Part shown: one piece after another, positions 8,053 through 17,496 of the stretch
How the letters are laid out: each line of letters begins with the position of its first letter
Numbering within the stretch: the stretch's first letter is position 1
Assembly (NCBI GenBank): GCA_000002445.1
Contig: AE017150.2
Location: 1,056,001-1,120,000, forward strand
From: Trypanosoma brucei
Taxonomy: Eukaryota
Direction of reading: 5' to 3'
DNA: 64,000 bases
Position numbers and translations under genes: made by a program
The notes under the pieces: generated by a model
The model's input: the letters and a program-made list of their open reading frames with translations, nothing else
Database searches by the model: none
What the model was told of the DNA's origin: nothing

Positions 8053-11000
8053 TGTTGGGTCTGATTTTGTTTCTGTTTTGTTAGTTGGTGGTGTAAATGA
8101 AGTTGGCAACGACCGCTCTGGTTTCCAAAGGAAACGGTACCCCGTGTCGTGGCACAAACATTGTGATGGTCCTTCGCCGTTGCGATCTTTGTGTGATGAT
8201 GGGGCAACTTTCTGGAAAGTTCCTCGTAAAGTTTCTGAGGATCCTGAAGATAATATGTCGACTGCACACTCAATTTCCACGAGTGTATCGGATCCAGTCT
8301 CCCCATCAGCAGTAAATGTGGTGGTAAAGTACAGTGGAGCCGAAAATATTTGTGTTGGAGCTTCAACCGACGGGGAAATGAAAGCAATGCCTCACACCAT
8401 GCTGCTTGATGGGGAAGTGTGGGAGTACATATATCTTAGAAAATCGTCAGAACTGCGGGATGCCTTTGCTTCTGATATTGGCGATGTGTTAGGTTTTCCT
8501 TTTTCGACACCCATTGAGTTTACACCCACAAGAACTGGAATATTAGCGCACTGTACATTACTGTATCCTGAGACCATGAAAACTGAAGAGCTATACGAGA
8601 GGTTATCGCGAGACAAATTTCCCGCGATGAGAAGACTATATCAAACAGCAAAACGAGAGCAGATGATAACAAGTTGCTCGACGATGTACACCACGAACAT
8701 TTGTGACAGGCCCATAAGTCCACCGCCGGAAGATATGGACGGACGCCGAGGCAGCATGCAAATGATGTCTTCTGCAACTAGTACAAACCATAAACCTGAA
8801 GAATATTGTCTGTCAAAAAGGGAAGAAAGAAGAGATGCAACTAAAGAAGATGCGACGGGAATGGACACCGAATCGCAAGAAATTCATTATAGTCGTTTCA
8901 CCGAACGGTCTATGAGTCGCATATCCATGGTTCCTGCTGATGTCCGTGAGGCTGGTATGTCTAAGAGTGAGGTTGAACCATCTTTAGCAGCCAGTCTGAG
9001 ATGTGCCAAATGTCTTGATCAGTCTATGAGTCACATATCTATGATGCCTGCTGATGTCCGTGAGGCTGGTATGTCTAAGAGTGAGGTTGAGCCATCTTTA
9101 GCAGCCAGTCTGAGATGTGCCAAATGTCTTGATCAGTCTATGAGTCGCATATCTATGATGCCTGCTGATGTCCGTGAGGCTGGTATGTCTCAGAGCCAAA
9201 TTGGAACATTACCCGCAACTATTCCCGTTTATTGCCCACAATTGCTTGAGCGCTGTATGAGCTGTGCTTCTACTATACTTGCTGATGTCCGTGAGGCTGG
9301 TATGTCTCAGAGCCAGATTGGAACATTACCCGCAAGTATTCCCGTTTATTGCCCACAATTGCTTGAGCGCTGTATGAGCTGTGCTTCTACTATACTTGCT
9401 GATGTCCGTGAGGCTGGTATGTCTCAGAGCCAGATTGGAACATTACCCGCAACTATTCCCGTTTATTGCCCACAATTGCTTGAGCGCTGTATGAGCTGTG
9501 CTTCTACTATACTTGCTGATGTCCGTGAGGCTGGTATGTCTCAGAGCCAGATTGGAACATTACCCGCAACTATTCCCGTTTATTGCCCACAATTGCTTGA
9601 GCGCTGTATGAGCTGTGCTTCTACTATACTTGCTGATGTCCGTGAGGCTGGTATGTCTAAGAGTGAGGTTGAACCATCTTTAGCAGCCAGTCCCAGATGT
9701 GCCAAATGTCTTGATCAGTCTATGAGTCGCATATCTATGATGCCTGCTGATGTCCGTGAGGCTGGTATGTCTAAGAGTGAGGTTGAACCATCTTTAGCAG
9801 CCAGTCTGAGATGTGGCAAATGTCTTGATCAGTCTATGAGTCGCATATCTATGATGCCTGCTGATATCCGTGAGGCTGGTATGTCTAAGAGTGAGGTTGA
9901 ACCATCTTTAGCAGCCAGTCTGAAATATGGCAAATGTCTTGATCAGTCTATGAGTCGCATATCTATGATGCCTGCTGATGTCCGTGAGGCTGGTATGTCT
10001 AAGAGTGAGGTTGAACCATCTTTAGCAGCCAGTCTGAGATGTGGCAAATGTCTTGATCAGTCTATGAGTCGCATATCTATGATGCCTGCTGATATCCGTG
10101 AGGCTGGTATGTCTAAGAGTGAGGTTGAACCATCTTTAGCAGCCAGTCTGAGATGTGGCAAATGTCTTGATCAGTCTATGAGTCGCATATCTATGATGCC
10201 TGCTGATGTCCGTGAGGCTGGTATGTCTAAGAGTGAGGTTGAACCATCTTTAGCAGCCAGTCTGAGATGTGGCAAATGTCTTGATCAGTCTATGAGTCGC
10301 ATATCTATGATGCCTGCTGATGTCCGTGAGGCTGGTATGTCTAAGAGTGAGGTTGAACCATCTTTAGCAGCCAGTCTGAGATGTGCCAAATGTCTTGATC
10401 AGTCTATGAGTCGCATATCTATGATGCCTGCTGATATCCGTGAGGCTGGTATGTCTAAGAGTGAGGTTGAACCATCTTTAGCAGCCAGTCTGAAATATGG
10501 CAAATGTCTTGATCAGTCTATGAGTCGCATATCTATGATGCCTGCTGATGTCCGTGAGGCTGGTATGTCTAAGAGTGAGGTTGAACCATCTTTAGCAGCC
10601 AGTCTGAGATGTGCCAAATGTCTTGATCAGTCTATGAGTCGCATATCTATGATGCCTGCTGATATCCGTGAGGCTGGTATGTCTAAGAGTGAGGTTGAAC
10701 CATCTTTAGCAGCCAGTCTGAAATATGGCAAATGTCTTGATCAGTCTATGAGTCGCATATCTATGATGCCTGCTGATATCCGTGAGGCTGGTATGTCTAG
10801 GAGTGAGGTTGAACCATCTTTAGCAGCCAGTCTGAAATATGGCAAATGTCTTGATCAGTCTATGAGTCGCATATCTATGATGCCTGCTGATGTCCGTGAG
10901 GCTGGTATGTCTAAGAGTGAGGTTGAACCATCTTTAGCAGCCAGTCTGAAATATGGCAAATGTCTTGATCAGTCTATGAGTCGCATATCTATGATGCCTG

Positions 11001-13342
11001 CTGATATCCGTGAGGCTGGTATGTCTAGGAGTGAGGTTGAACCATCTTTAGCAGCCAGTCTGAAATGTGGCAAATGTCTTGATCAGTCTATGAGTCGCAT
11101 ATCTATGATGCCTGCTGATGTCCGTGAGGCTGGTATGTCTAAGAGTGAGGTTGAACCATCTTTAGCAGCCAGTCTGAAATATGGCAAATGTCTTGATCAG
11201 TCTATGAGTCGCATATCTATGATGCCTGCTGATATCCGTGAGGCTGGTATGTCTAGGAGTGAGGTTGAACCATCTTTAGCAGCCAGTCTGAAATGTGGCA
11301 AATGTCTTGATCAGTCTATGAGTCGCATATCTATGATGCCTGCTGATGTCCGTGAGGCTGGTATGTCTAAGAGTGAGGTTGAACCATCTTTAGCAGCCAG
11401 TCTGAAATATGGCAAATGTCTTGATCAGTCTATGAGTCGCATATCTATGATGCCTGCTGATGTCCGTGAGGCTGGTATGTCTAAGAGTGAGGTTGAACCA
11501 TCTTTAGCAGCCAGTCTGAAATGTGGCAAATGTCTTGATCAGTCTATGAGTCGCATATCCATGATGCCTGCTGATGTCCGTGAGGCTGGTATGTCTAAGA
11601 GTGAGGTTGAACCATCTTTAGCAGCCAGTCTGAAATATGGCAAATGTCTTGATCAGTCTATGAGTCGCATATCTATGATGCCTGCTGATGTCCGTGAGGC
11701 TGGTATGTGTAAAAGGGGTGAAGCGGAGTCACTTGTTGTTAGTTCAAATAGCCGTGAGGTTAATGGTGGTGTTAAGAATTTATCCAGTGGTAATTCTTCT
11801 GCATCGTTGGACGGTAGGAAGTTTGTTTGTTCGTCGGGCAAAAGTGGTGATTATTCCGCTTCTTTCGGTGACGGTGGTTGTTGTCAAATCGTCGGTGGTG
11901 CTGAAGCGGGTGGTGTTGTTGTCTTAGAGGAATTTCGAGACATACCGAGTGGTGCTGGTTCGAATTTACCGGTACCTGTTGATGAAGTTCCTGGCGGTGG
12001 TGTGAGAATGTCGTCCGATGTTGATAAAAGCGTTTCCGGTGGCTTGTTAGAAGTATTAAAGAATTGTTCGTCTTCCAGGGGAGGTGAAAGTTTTCCGTTA
12101 GTTGCAGTTCAAGCGCTGGCGAGTCGCCAGTCTGAAAATCGCCAACCGGTGCGATGCTCTTTCAATTCTGTTGCTGAAGGCAGGTACTACGACTCGGGTC
12201 TTTTGGATGAGCGTAACGATTGGTGCGTTCCTCCCCGTGGTGTGATGCAGGGTGCAGTTGGCAGCGCACTGTGTCTTGTAAGGGGCGTTGGCGCGGTTAA
12301 TTTTGATGGATCGCCGGACATAAGCGTCACTTCTGTGGCTTCTTCTGTTGGTGATAAAGTGCCTTCGATGATTAGAGGTGAACAACGCAGGGCGAGCACC
12401 AACAGTGCTTTGCCAGATGTCGTGCCGAAAGTTGCTGACCCACCTCTTGAAGCTCCGGTTTCTTTAATTGAGGGTGAAAAAGTGTCTGTGGCCTGGGAGT
12501 CACAATTTGGGGGTAGTGCAGATCCAAAGGAGCGTTTTCTGGATCTCTCTACAACACCTCAGCATGAAAATCCGTCTCGGTTTCTCTCAAGAATGGGTAG
12601 CCTCTGTCGTTGGGGCCTCGGGTCGCAGAAGGCAAAATGTGAGGACAGCGCGGAGACGCTGAAGCGATGGGCGCAGGATAGTACCAAATATCTTATAGGA
12701 GTTCAGGAACCGGACACCGTTGCGGAGGAGTTGCCGTCCCTATCAGATGCCCGCGGAATGCCACCAATGGTGAAAGCTAGTAGCTCGTCGGATAAAAATT
12801 TCTCGCAACTTGGTCCTTTTGACACAAGCAATGGGGACCATAAGGGAGAGGAACTGACCACTTTAAGGAGGTGGTCAAAGAGTAATCAAGGGAAGAGTAT
12901 TGCCGGCAGTGGTACGGAGGAACCACGTAGCATAGCAACAAGGAATTCAGATCCAAATCTGCCTCTGTTGCGGATTCGCAAAAGTGCCAGTGGTTCGCCA
13001 CTGCTTCCGCTGGCTACGGGTGACAAAGGCCTTGCAAAGTGGGAAGATGATGGCGTCACTTCGTTACCCCCCATTATATCTCAGAGCGCAAACACTCCGC
13101 TTGGGTGCGATGCCGCTTCAAAACGGAGAGTAGGTGACAGTTACGTTTGGGATATACGCGATGTGAGCATGTCGTCGGCTTCCCCTAACACCTCTTATCT
13201 GGACATTGAGGCTGAGGGTGAAGCGTTCGATATATTCAAACGCCTCTTGCACGATATTGATGTTGCAAGTCGAGCCATCTCTAAGCCTGTACAAGCGCTT
13301 AGAGAGCTGCGTGACGGGAGGAAGTATGAAAATTCCTCGTGA
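7364..13342 (+). CDS. Giant tandem-repeat protein, part 2, in the same frame as part 1. It holds the rest of repeat array 1, a second copy of the 255-aa domain, repeat array 2 (38-aa and 39-aa units), and a unique Ser/Gly/Val-rich 545-aa C-terminus.
   Basis: The 1992-aa ORF continues the repeat phase across the stop. Whether translation restarts at Met 7364 or the locus is a single disrupted or mis-assembled gene cannot be decided from sequence alone. Confidence 0.55.
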   Translation: MSRISTLPADIREAGMSKSHVVTSRAASPRCAKCLDQSMSRISMMPADVREAGMSKSHVVTSRAASPRCAKCLDQSMSRISTLPADIREAGMSKSHVVTSRAASPRCAKCLDQSMSHISMVPADVREAGMSKSHVVTSRAASPRCAKCLDQSMSRSSTLPADVREAGMSKSEVEPSLAASLRCAKCLDQSMSRSSTLPDDVREAGMSKSEVEPSLAASSRCAKCLDQSMSVGSDFVSVLLVGGVNEVGNDRSGFQRKRYPVSWHKHCDGPSPLRSLCDDGATFWKVPRKVSEDPEDNMSTAHSISTSVSDPVSPSAVNVVVKYSGAENICVGASTDGEMKAMPHTMLLDGEVWEYIYLRKSSELRDAFASDIGDVLGFPFSTPIEFTPTRTGILAHCTLLYPETMKTEELYERLSRDKFPAMRRLYQTAKREQMITSCSTMYTTNICDRPISPPPEDMDGRRGSMQMMSSATSTNHKPEEYCLSKREERRDATKEDATGMDTESQEIHYSRFTERSMSRISMVPADVREAGMSKSEVEPSLAASLRCAKCLDQSMSHISMMPADVREAGMSKSEVEPSLAASLRCAKCLDQSMSRISMMPADVREAGMSQSQIGTLPATIPVYCPQLLERCMSCASTILADVREAGMSQSQIGTLPASIPVYCPQLLERCMSCASTILADVREAGMSQSQIGTLPATIPVYCPQLLERCMSCASTILADVREAGMSQSQIGTLPATIPVYCPQLLERCMSCASTILADVREAGMSKSEVEPSLAASPRCAKCLDQSMSRISMMPADVREAGMSKSEVEPSLAASLRCGKCLDQSMSRISMMPADIREAGMSKSEVEPSLAASLKYGKCLDQSMSRISMMPADVREAGMSKSEVEPSLAASLRCGKCLDQSMSRISMMPADIREAGMSKSEVEPSLAASLRCGKCLDQSMSRISMMPADVREAGMSKSEVEPSLAASLRCGKCLDQSMSRISMMPADVREAGMSKSEVEPSLAASLRCAKCLDQSMSRISMMPADIREAGMSKSEVEPSLAASLKYGKCLDQSMSRISMMPADVREAGMSKSEVEPSLAASLRCAKCLDQSMSRISMMPADIREAGMSKSEVEPSLAASLKYGKCLDQSMSRISMMPADIREAGMSRSEVEPSLAASLKYGKCLDQSMSRISMMPADVREAGMSKSEVEPSLAASLKYGKCLDQSMSRISMMPADIREAGMSRSEVEPSLAASLKCGKCLDQSMSRISMMPADVREAGMSKSEVEPSLAASLKYGKCLDQSMSRISMMPADIREAGMSRSEVEPSLAASLKCGKCLDQSMSRISMMPADVREAGMSKSEVEPSLAASLKYGKCLDQSMSRISMMPADVREAGMSKSEVEPSLAASLKCGKCLDQSMSRISMMPADVREAGMSKSEVEPSLAASLKYGKCLDQSMSRISMMPADVREAGMCKRGEAESLVVSSNSREVNGGVKNLSSGNSSASLDGRKFVCSSGKSGDYSASFGDGGCCQIVGGAEAGGVVVLEEFRDIPSGAGSNLPVPVDEVPGGGVRMSSDVDKSVSGGLLEVLKNCSSSRGGESFPLVAVQALASRQSENRQPVRCSFNSVAEGRYYDSGLLDERNDWCVPPRGVMQGAVGSALCLVRGVGAVNFDGSPDISVTSVASSVGDKVPSMIRGEQRRASTNSALPDVVPKVADPPLEAPVSLIEGEKVSVAWESQFGGSADPKERFLDLSTTPQHENPSRFLSRMGSLCRWGLGSQKAKCEDSAETLKRWAQDSTKYLIGVQEPDTVAEELPSLSDARGMPPMVKASSSSDKNFSQLGPFDTSNGDHKGEELTTLRRWSKSNQGKSIAGSGTEEPRSIATRNSDPNLPLLRIRKSASGSPLLPLATGDKGLAKWEDDGVTSLPPIISQSANTPLGCDAASKRRVGDSYVWDIRDVSMSSASPNTSYLDIEAEGEAFDIFKRLLHDIDVASRAISKPVQALRELRDGRKYENSS
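8141..8905 (+). repeat. Copy 2 of the 255-aa domain, embedded in-frame between repeat arrays 1 and 2.
   Basis: Aligns to 3856-4620. It is entered from array 1 through a short unique linker (SVGSDFVSVLLVGGVNEVGNDRSGFQRKRYP) with no intergenic sequence. Confidence 0.85.
8906..11705 (+). repeat. Coding tandem array 2. It has about 20 units of 114 nt (mostly E-type, with LKYGKC or LRCGKC variants) plus four units of 117 nt.
   Basis: The same repeat family as array 1. It is bounded by the second copy of the 255-aa domain upstream and the unique C-terminal domain downstream. Confidence 0.9.
9182..9650 (+). repeat. Sub-array of four near-identical 117-nt (39-aa) variant repeats, SQSQIGTLPATIPVYCPQLLERCMSCASTILADVREAGM.
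   Basis: ggtatgtctcag recurs at 9182 and 9299, 117 nt apart. The four copies are almost identical, which suggests recent amplification. Confidence 0.85.
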
Positions 13343-15703
13343 TGATTGTGTTGTTATTGTTGTGTTAAAGTTGTCTCTTTTTGTTCTTCTCTTTTTGTCT
13401 GTTTTACTAAACTGATTTCTGTTGTGTCGGTTGTTTTTGCCGACCAGGTTAGGTGACATATAGAAGTGCAAATATTCATCTGGTTGTGTGTCTTTTTCCT
13501 TGTTTTTCTCCTATATTCTGATACAAACAAGCATATGTACCCTCATTTCTCTTGTCTCCCCCTCGTTGTTTTACGTTTATTTGGTGTATATTTCTGTTTG
13601 TATATGCATGTACTCGGGGTGAGACATTGATGCTTCTTTAATTTGCGCTGGCTGTAGTTTCCTACTTTGTTTCCACTTTGCTGTGAGGTTTTTGTTTTGT
13701 TTTTTGTTTTATGTTTTTTCTGAATTATCTTGTCAGGTGTTTATTCACTCTGCCTCATTCCATTACGTTTCTGCGTTTTCCCTAGCCCCTGTTTTGCGGT
13801 TCCATTCCCCTTGTTCTTGTTCTTGTGATTTTGCTCTCGGTTTCTTTATTGAGTTGCAGCGTGTATTTGGATACATATGTATGTTCTCATATGTTTACGC
13901 CATAAGACCCCGCATGCACATATTTTTTTCTGTGAAAGTACACAAGTTAATGCATGCGTACCCGCGGAGGTGATGCATTATTATACCCACCTCAACTTTG
14001 TTTTACTTTTTTACTTTTTTTCTTTTGTCTTTTTGTTACGGTGTTCCCATAATTATGATCATATTTCCCATATTTCCTTTTGTTTTTTTTCAAATTCTTC
14101 CCACCACGATTTTACTGTTTTAGGCGACTTTTTTGTGTTTCGGTGGTTAAATGCCGTTTCATTTTCGCTTGACAGCTCTCTTCTTTTTCTTTTTTTTTTT
14201 AGTGAAAAAAAAATAATTCTTTAATTTGTTTAAAAAACAACACAACACAACACAGAATCACCAAATGAGATAAAACTATTAGATAATACGGGTGGCAGCG
14301 GCAAGTTGTGTCCGTGTGTGTCTGTTTGTGGTTGCGAAGGACTCACCGCAATTTTTTTTTTATTTTGATGAGATCAAAAGAAAAAAAAAGAAAAGAAAGG
14401 TACCATATATTTTTATTTCAAGAGATTTAACTTTTCCCAAACCAAGCTGGTTGCTTGTTGCTTTTCTTTTCTTTTCTTTTTTTTACCCCTTTGTTTTTGT
14501 TCCCTCTGACTCTCTCTCTCTCTTTCTCTCTCTCTGTTTATTTGCTTTTTATTTCGTTTGTTTCAACTGATTGGGTTAACAAAAAATGGGGTAGATAAAA
14601 GTATAAAAAGATTGAGCGGAATGATTTCATGTGAGTGAGTGTTATGAATGAACATATCGAGGTGAGGATGAACAACAGCAACAAAAAGAGAAAAAAAAAT
14701 GTACAAGAGAGAGAAGAAAGCAAACAAATATAAAAAAAAAGGGAATTTATGTACCATCCCATACGTAGAGGAGGAGGAGGAGGTTGTGTTAAATTGAAGT
14801 GAGATAGTATGAGTTTAAAGAAACAAAATCATAATCTTGATGATGGTAACAAAAATTGTACATGACCGTTGCGACGAAAGTACAGGTAAAAATGAAGTGA
14901 AGCGAGAGGGGTGGAAAGGAAGGGAAAAGAATCAAACAGCTCGTTCCTACACACATGTTAAATGTTTATATAAATTAATGTGTGTACATATGTGTATAAG
15001 TAGGATACGGATGTAGTTACGCCATAAATTCTGACGCGAGGGAAGGCGCAGAGGAGTGGCGTAATAGGAAAGTAAATTTAATCGGGGTAACAACTGCAGC
15101 CCCCCCCCCCCAAAAAAAAAGAAATATAATGATGCATACACAGGTGTCTGCATTTGTATGCAACTGAGGATGTGTATAACTTTTTTTCTTTTTTTTCTTT
15201 TTCTCTTGTGCGTGCTAGCTTTTTCACTTTTTATTTTGTCCTTGTCCTTCTTCTATTTTACGTTTTCTCTCGCAATTAATCTGCGCCACGACAGCAGAGT
15301 CTCCTTTTTTTTTGTTTTCGTCCACTCACTGTAGGAAACCATTTTGTCTCCCGACCCTCTCTACTCCTTTCCCGTGATACGAAATGGCTAAACATGCGCG
15401 TACATGAGAGCGCGGTAAATGAAGTGTAAAAAAAAAAAGGGAATCGGGAGAGGTACACGCCATGAGTTGTGTGTTAGCAATATGAGGAGCGTACGACTTA
15501 TTTCAGCGAGTGATTGTAGTTTGTGGAAGTGAAACTGACATTACTGTGGAGTGCAGTTACTCGGGATAATCCGTCACTCACCCACTCACTAAATTTATTA
15601 TTATTATTATTGTTATGATTAACGTGTTGTTTGGTACTTTTGTTTTTGTTCCTATTTCAGTCATCTGCATCTATTTCCCCTCTTTTTAAAAAAAAAATTT
15701 ATC

Positions 15704-17164
15704 TTGATTCCCTCTTTTGTTAGTGCCGTGTCCAGTACATCGTTGCAGAAGAACGTAAAAAGGGAGCGGCGCGACGGTGCTTTTGCATCAGTCGGTACGT
15801 TTTACATGTGGCGGATCACGCGGCTCTGCTGCAAACAACTCATACGGGATGAATCTTTAGTTTCCCTTCCACCCGCTGTGCACCGATTGGAAGTTTACCG
15901 AAACGCCGTAAGTGTTGACTGCGAGGAGCGCATCTGCGCGGAGTTGGGCCTTCTGCTGCAACGTGAGGGACACACCGCCTTTGCTGAGGGCTCCACTCCG
16001 CAGCAGAAGATTGTGAAGCACACATATTTGGAACTGCATGGTGCTCATAAGGACTTTACGGAGGTGAAGAGTTTCCAACGGAAGGAGACGCGGAGACTCC
16101 CTGGTTTATTATGGTCCCCCACTCTTGTGTCATGGATGAATGAAGTGGTGCCACGGGTACGTGTGTTTCCAGTGGGTGTAATGCCAGACACGGCAAGGGT
16201 TGTGGAACATAATATGACAGGATATGAAATGCATATGGAGCACCCCACCGTTGGTTGTTCTTTTCTTTACTTATCGTTGCTATCTGATACGGTCCTCACG
16301 TTCGACGATGAGGCTACGGGGCGCTATGGTGAAGTGTTTCTCCCCCAACGTGCGTTAATGTGCTGCTCCGGCGAGATTCGTTGGGGCTGGCGCTTCGGCG
16401 AGCAGTCTCGTGAGGTGCACACATTTGTTAATGCTTCTGGCGTTCGACGGGTTGTGGAGCCGGATCTGCGGCTGAGTGTGCAGTTGTGGAAGTTTACACC
16501 ACAATTGCTGGATGCGCGGCTGCTGCAGGATCGTGTTGAGGAGTCAATGAAGCAAAGGGAGGCTGAGGAGTCAAATGAAGTAGTCGAAACCATTGCTGTG
16601 GACCGTAAGAAGAATGAAGAGGAGCATAAGGGCTCTGCCTCCTCCCATGCATTGTTTAGCGCCCTAGCGGAAAAAGGTGCCTCCGGGACAGGGCCTCTCG
16701 GTGGTGAGTATGTGGAGGGGAGAACGCAGGCCTGCAAGGGTGTGGAAGGAAAGAGCATGACGATGGAAGATATTGGTCGGGACTACAACACCTACAAGCA
16801 ACAGTTTCAAAACGTTCACGGTGTGCTACAAGAGATGAAGGCACTGCAGGATGCGGGTCAACCCATCAATGACATGTGGCTGAGGAAGCGTATACTTGAT
16901 GGTCAGAAGGATGACAATCATGACGCGCAGGACGGTTTCGATCCAAACGATGTGGAGGGAACGTGGGATCGTGTGGATGCAAAGGCACGGTTCTACAAGG
17001 CACGCCTGAAGGGTATGGACTACGATGGCACCGCCAACAGCAACAGCTCGATGCCGGATGTGACAGAAGACGCTCCTCTTGATATGAAGAAGACAATTCA
17101 GAAGATCGCCCCACTCGTAAAGGACGGCGATAAGATCCTTGCGAGCCTGCCGTGTGGTCAATGA
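15704..17164 (+). CDS. Hypothetical protein. The true start is possibly the Met at 15806.
   Basis: 486-aa + strand ORF. Its first ATG sits inside a pyrimidine tract. I recognise no domain. Confidence 0.45.
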   Translation: MIPSFVSAVSSTSLQKNVKRERRDGAFASVGTFYMWRITRLCCKQLIRDESLVSLPPAVHRLEVYRNAVSVDCEERICAELGLLLQREGHTAFAEGSTPQQKIVKHTYLELHGAHKDFTEVKSFQRKETRRLPGLLWSPTLVSWMNEVVPRVRVFPVGVMPDTARVVEHNMTGYEMHMEHPTVGCSFLYLSLLSDTVLTFDDEATGRYGEVFLPQRALMCCSGEIRWGWRFGEQSREVHTFVNASGVRRVVEPDLRLSVQLWKFTPQLLDARLLQDRVEESMKQREAEESNEVVETIAVDRKKNEEEHKGSASSHALFSALAEKGASGTGPLGGEYVEGRTQACKGVEGKSMTMEDIGRDYNTYKQQFQNVHGVLQEMKALQDAGQPINDMWLRKRILDGQKDDNHDAQDGFDPNDVEGTWDRVDAKARFYKARLKGMDYDGTANSNSSMPDVTEDAPLDMKKTIQKIAPLVKDGDKILASLPCGQ

Positions 17165-17496
17165 TTTGGTCGTAAGGCTGGTGTTCGGTTTCCCTGTTGC
17201 TCCGGAAGGTAATTATCCGCGGAGGAACATGAAGAATGCAGAAAGCGATTCGTAAGTATTTATGTGTGTGCTGGTGCGCAAGAGAAGTACTCAACATGTT
17301 AGTGGAAGGCAAATGCCAAAGGAATAAACGACCACTACGGGGCGGGCGAAGTCACTGACCATCGTCATTGGAGGCACGTGTACATTTGTGGGGATGCTTT
17401 ACGGGGGGAAATATCTGCCGTTGAAGTTTCATATAGCTTTGGTATCCCTTACTGGGGTGAAGGTGAGTTCGTTGCAATCCGTGCTATCAAGAGTTT

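Noticed and set aside
16324-17312. Minus-strand ORFs of 111-170 aa antisense to the hypothetical genes at 15704-17164 and 17497-20748 (for example 16324-16758, 16866-17312, 17517-18029).
   Set aside because: They are antisense to longer ORFs in a GC-rich coding region where chance ORFs are common. They also run against the orientation of the transcription unit.
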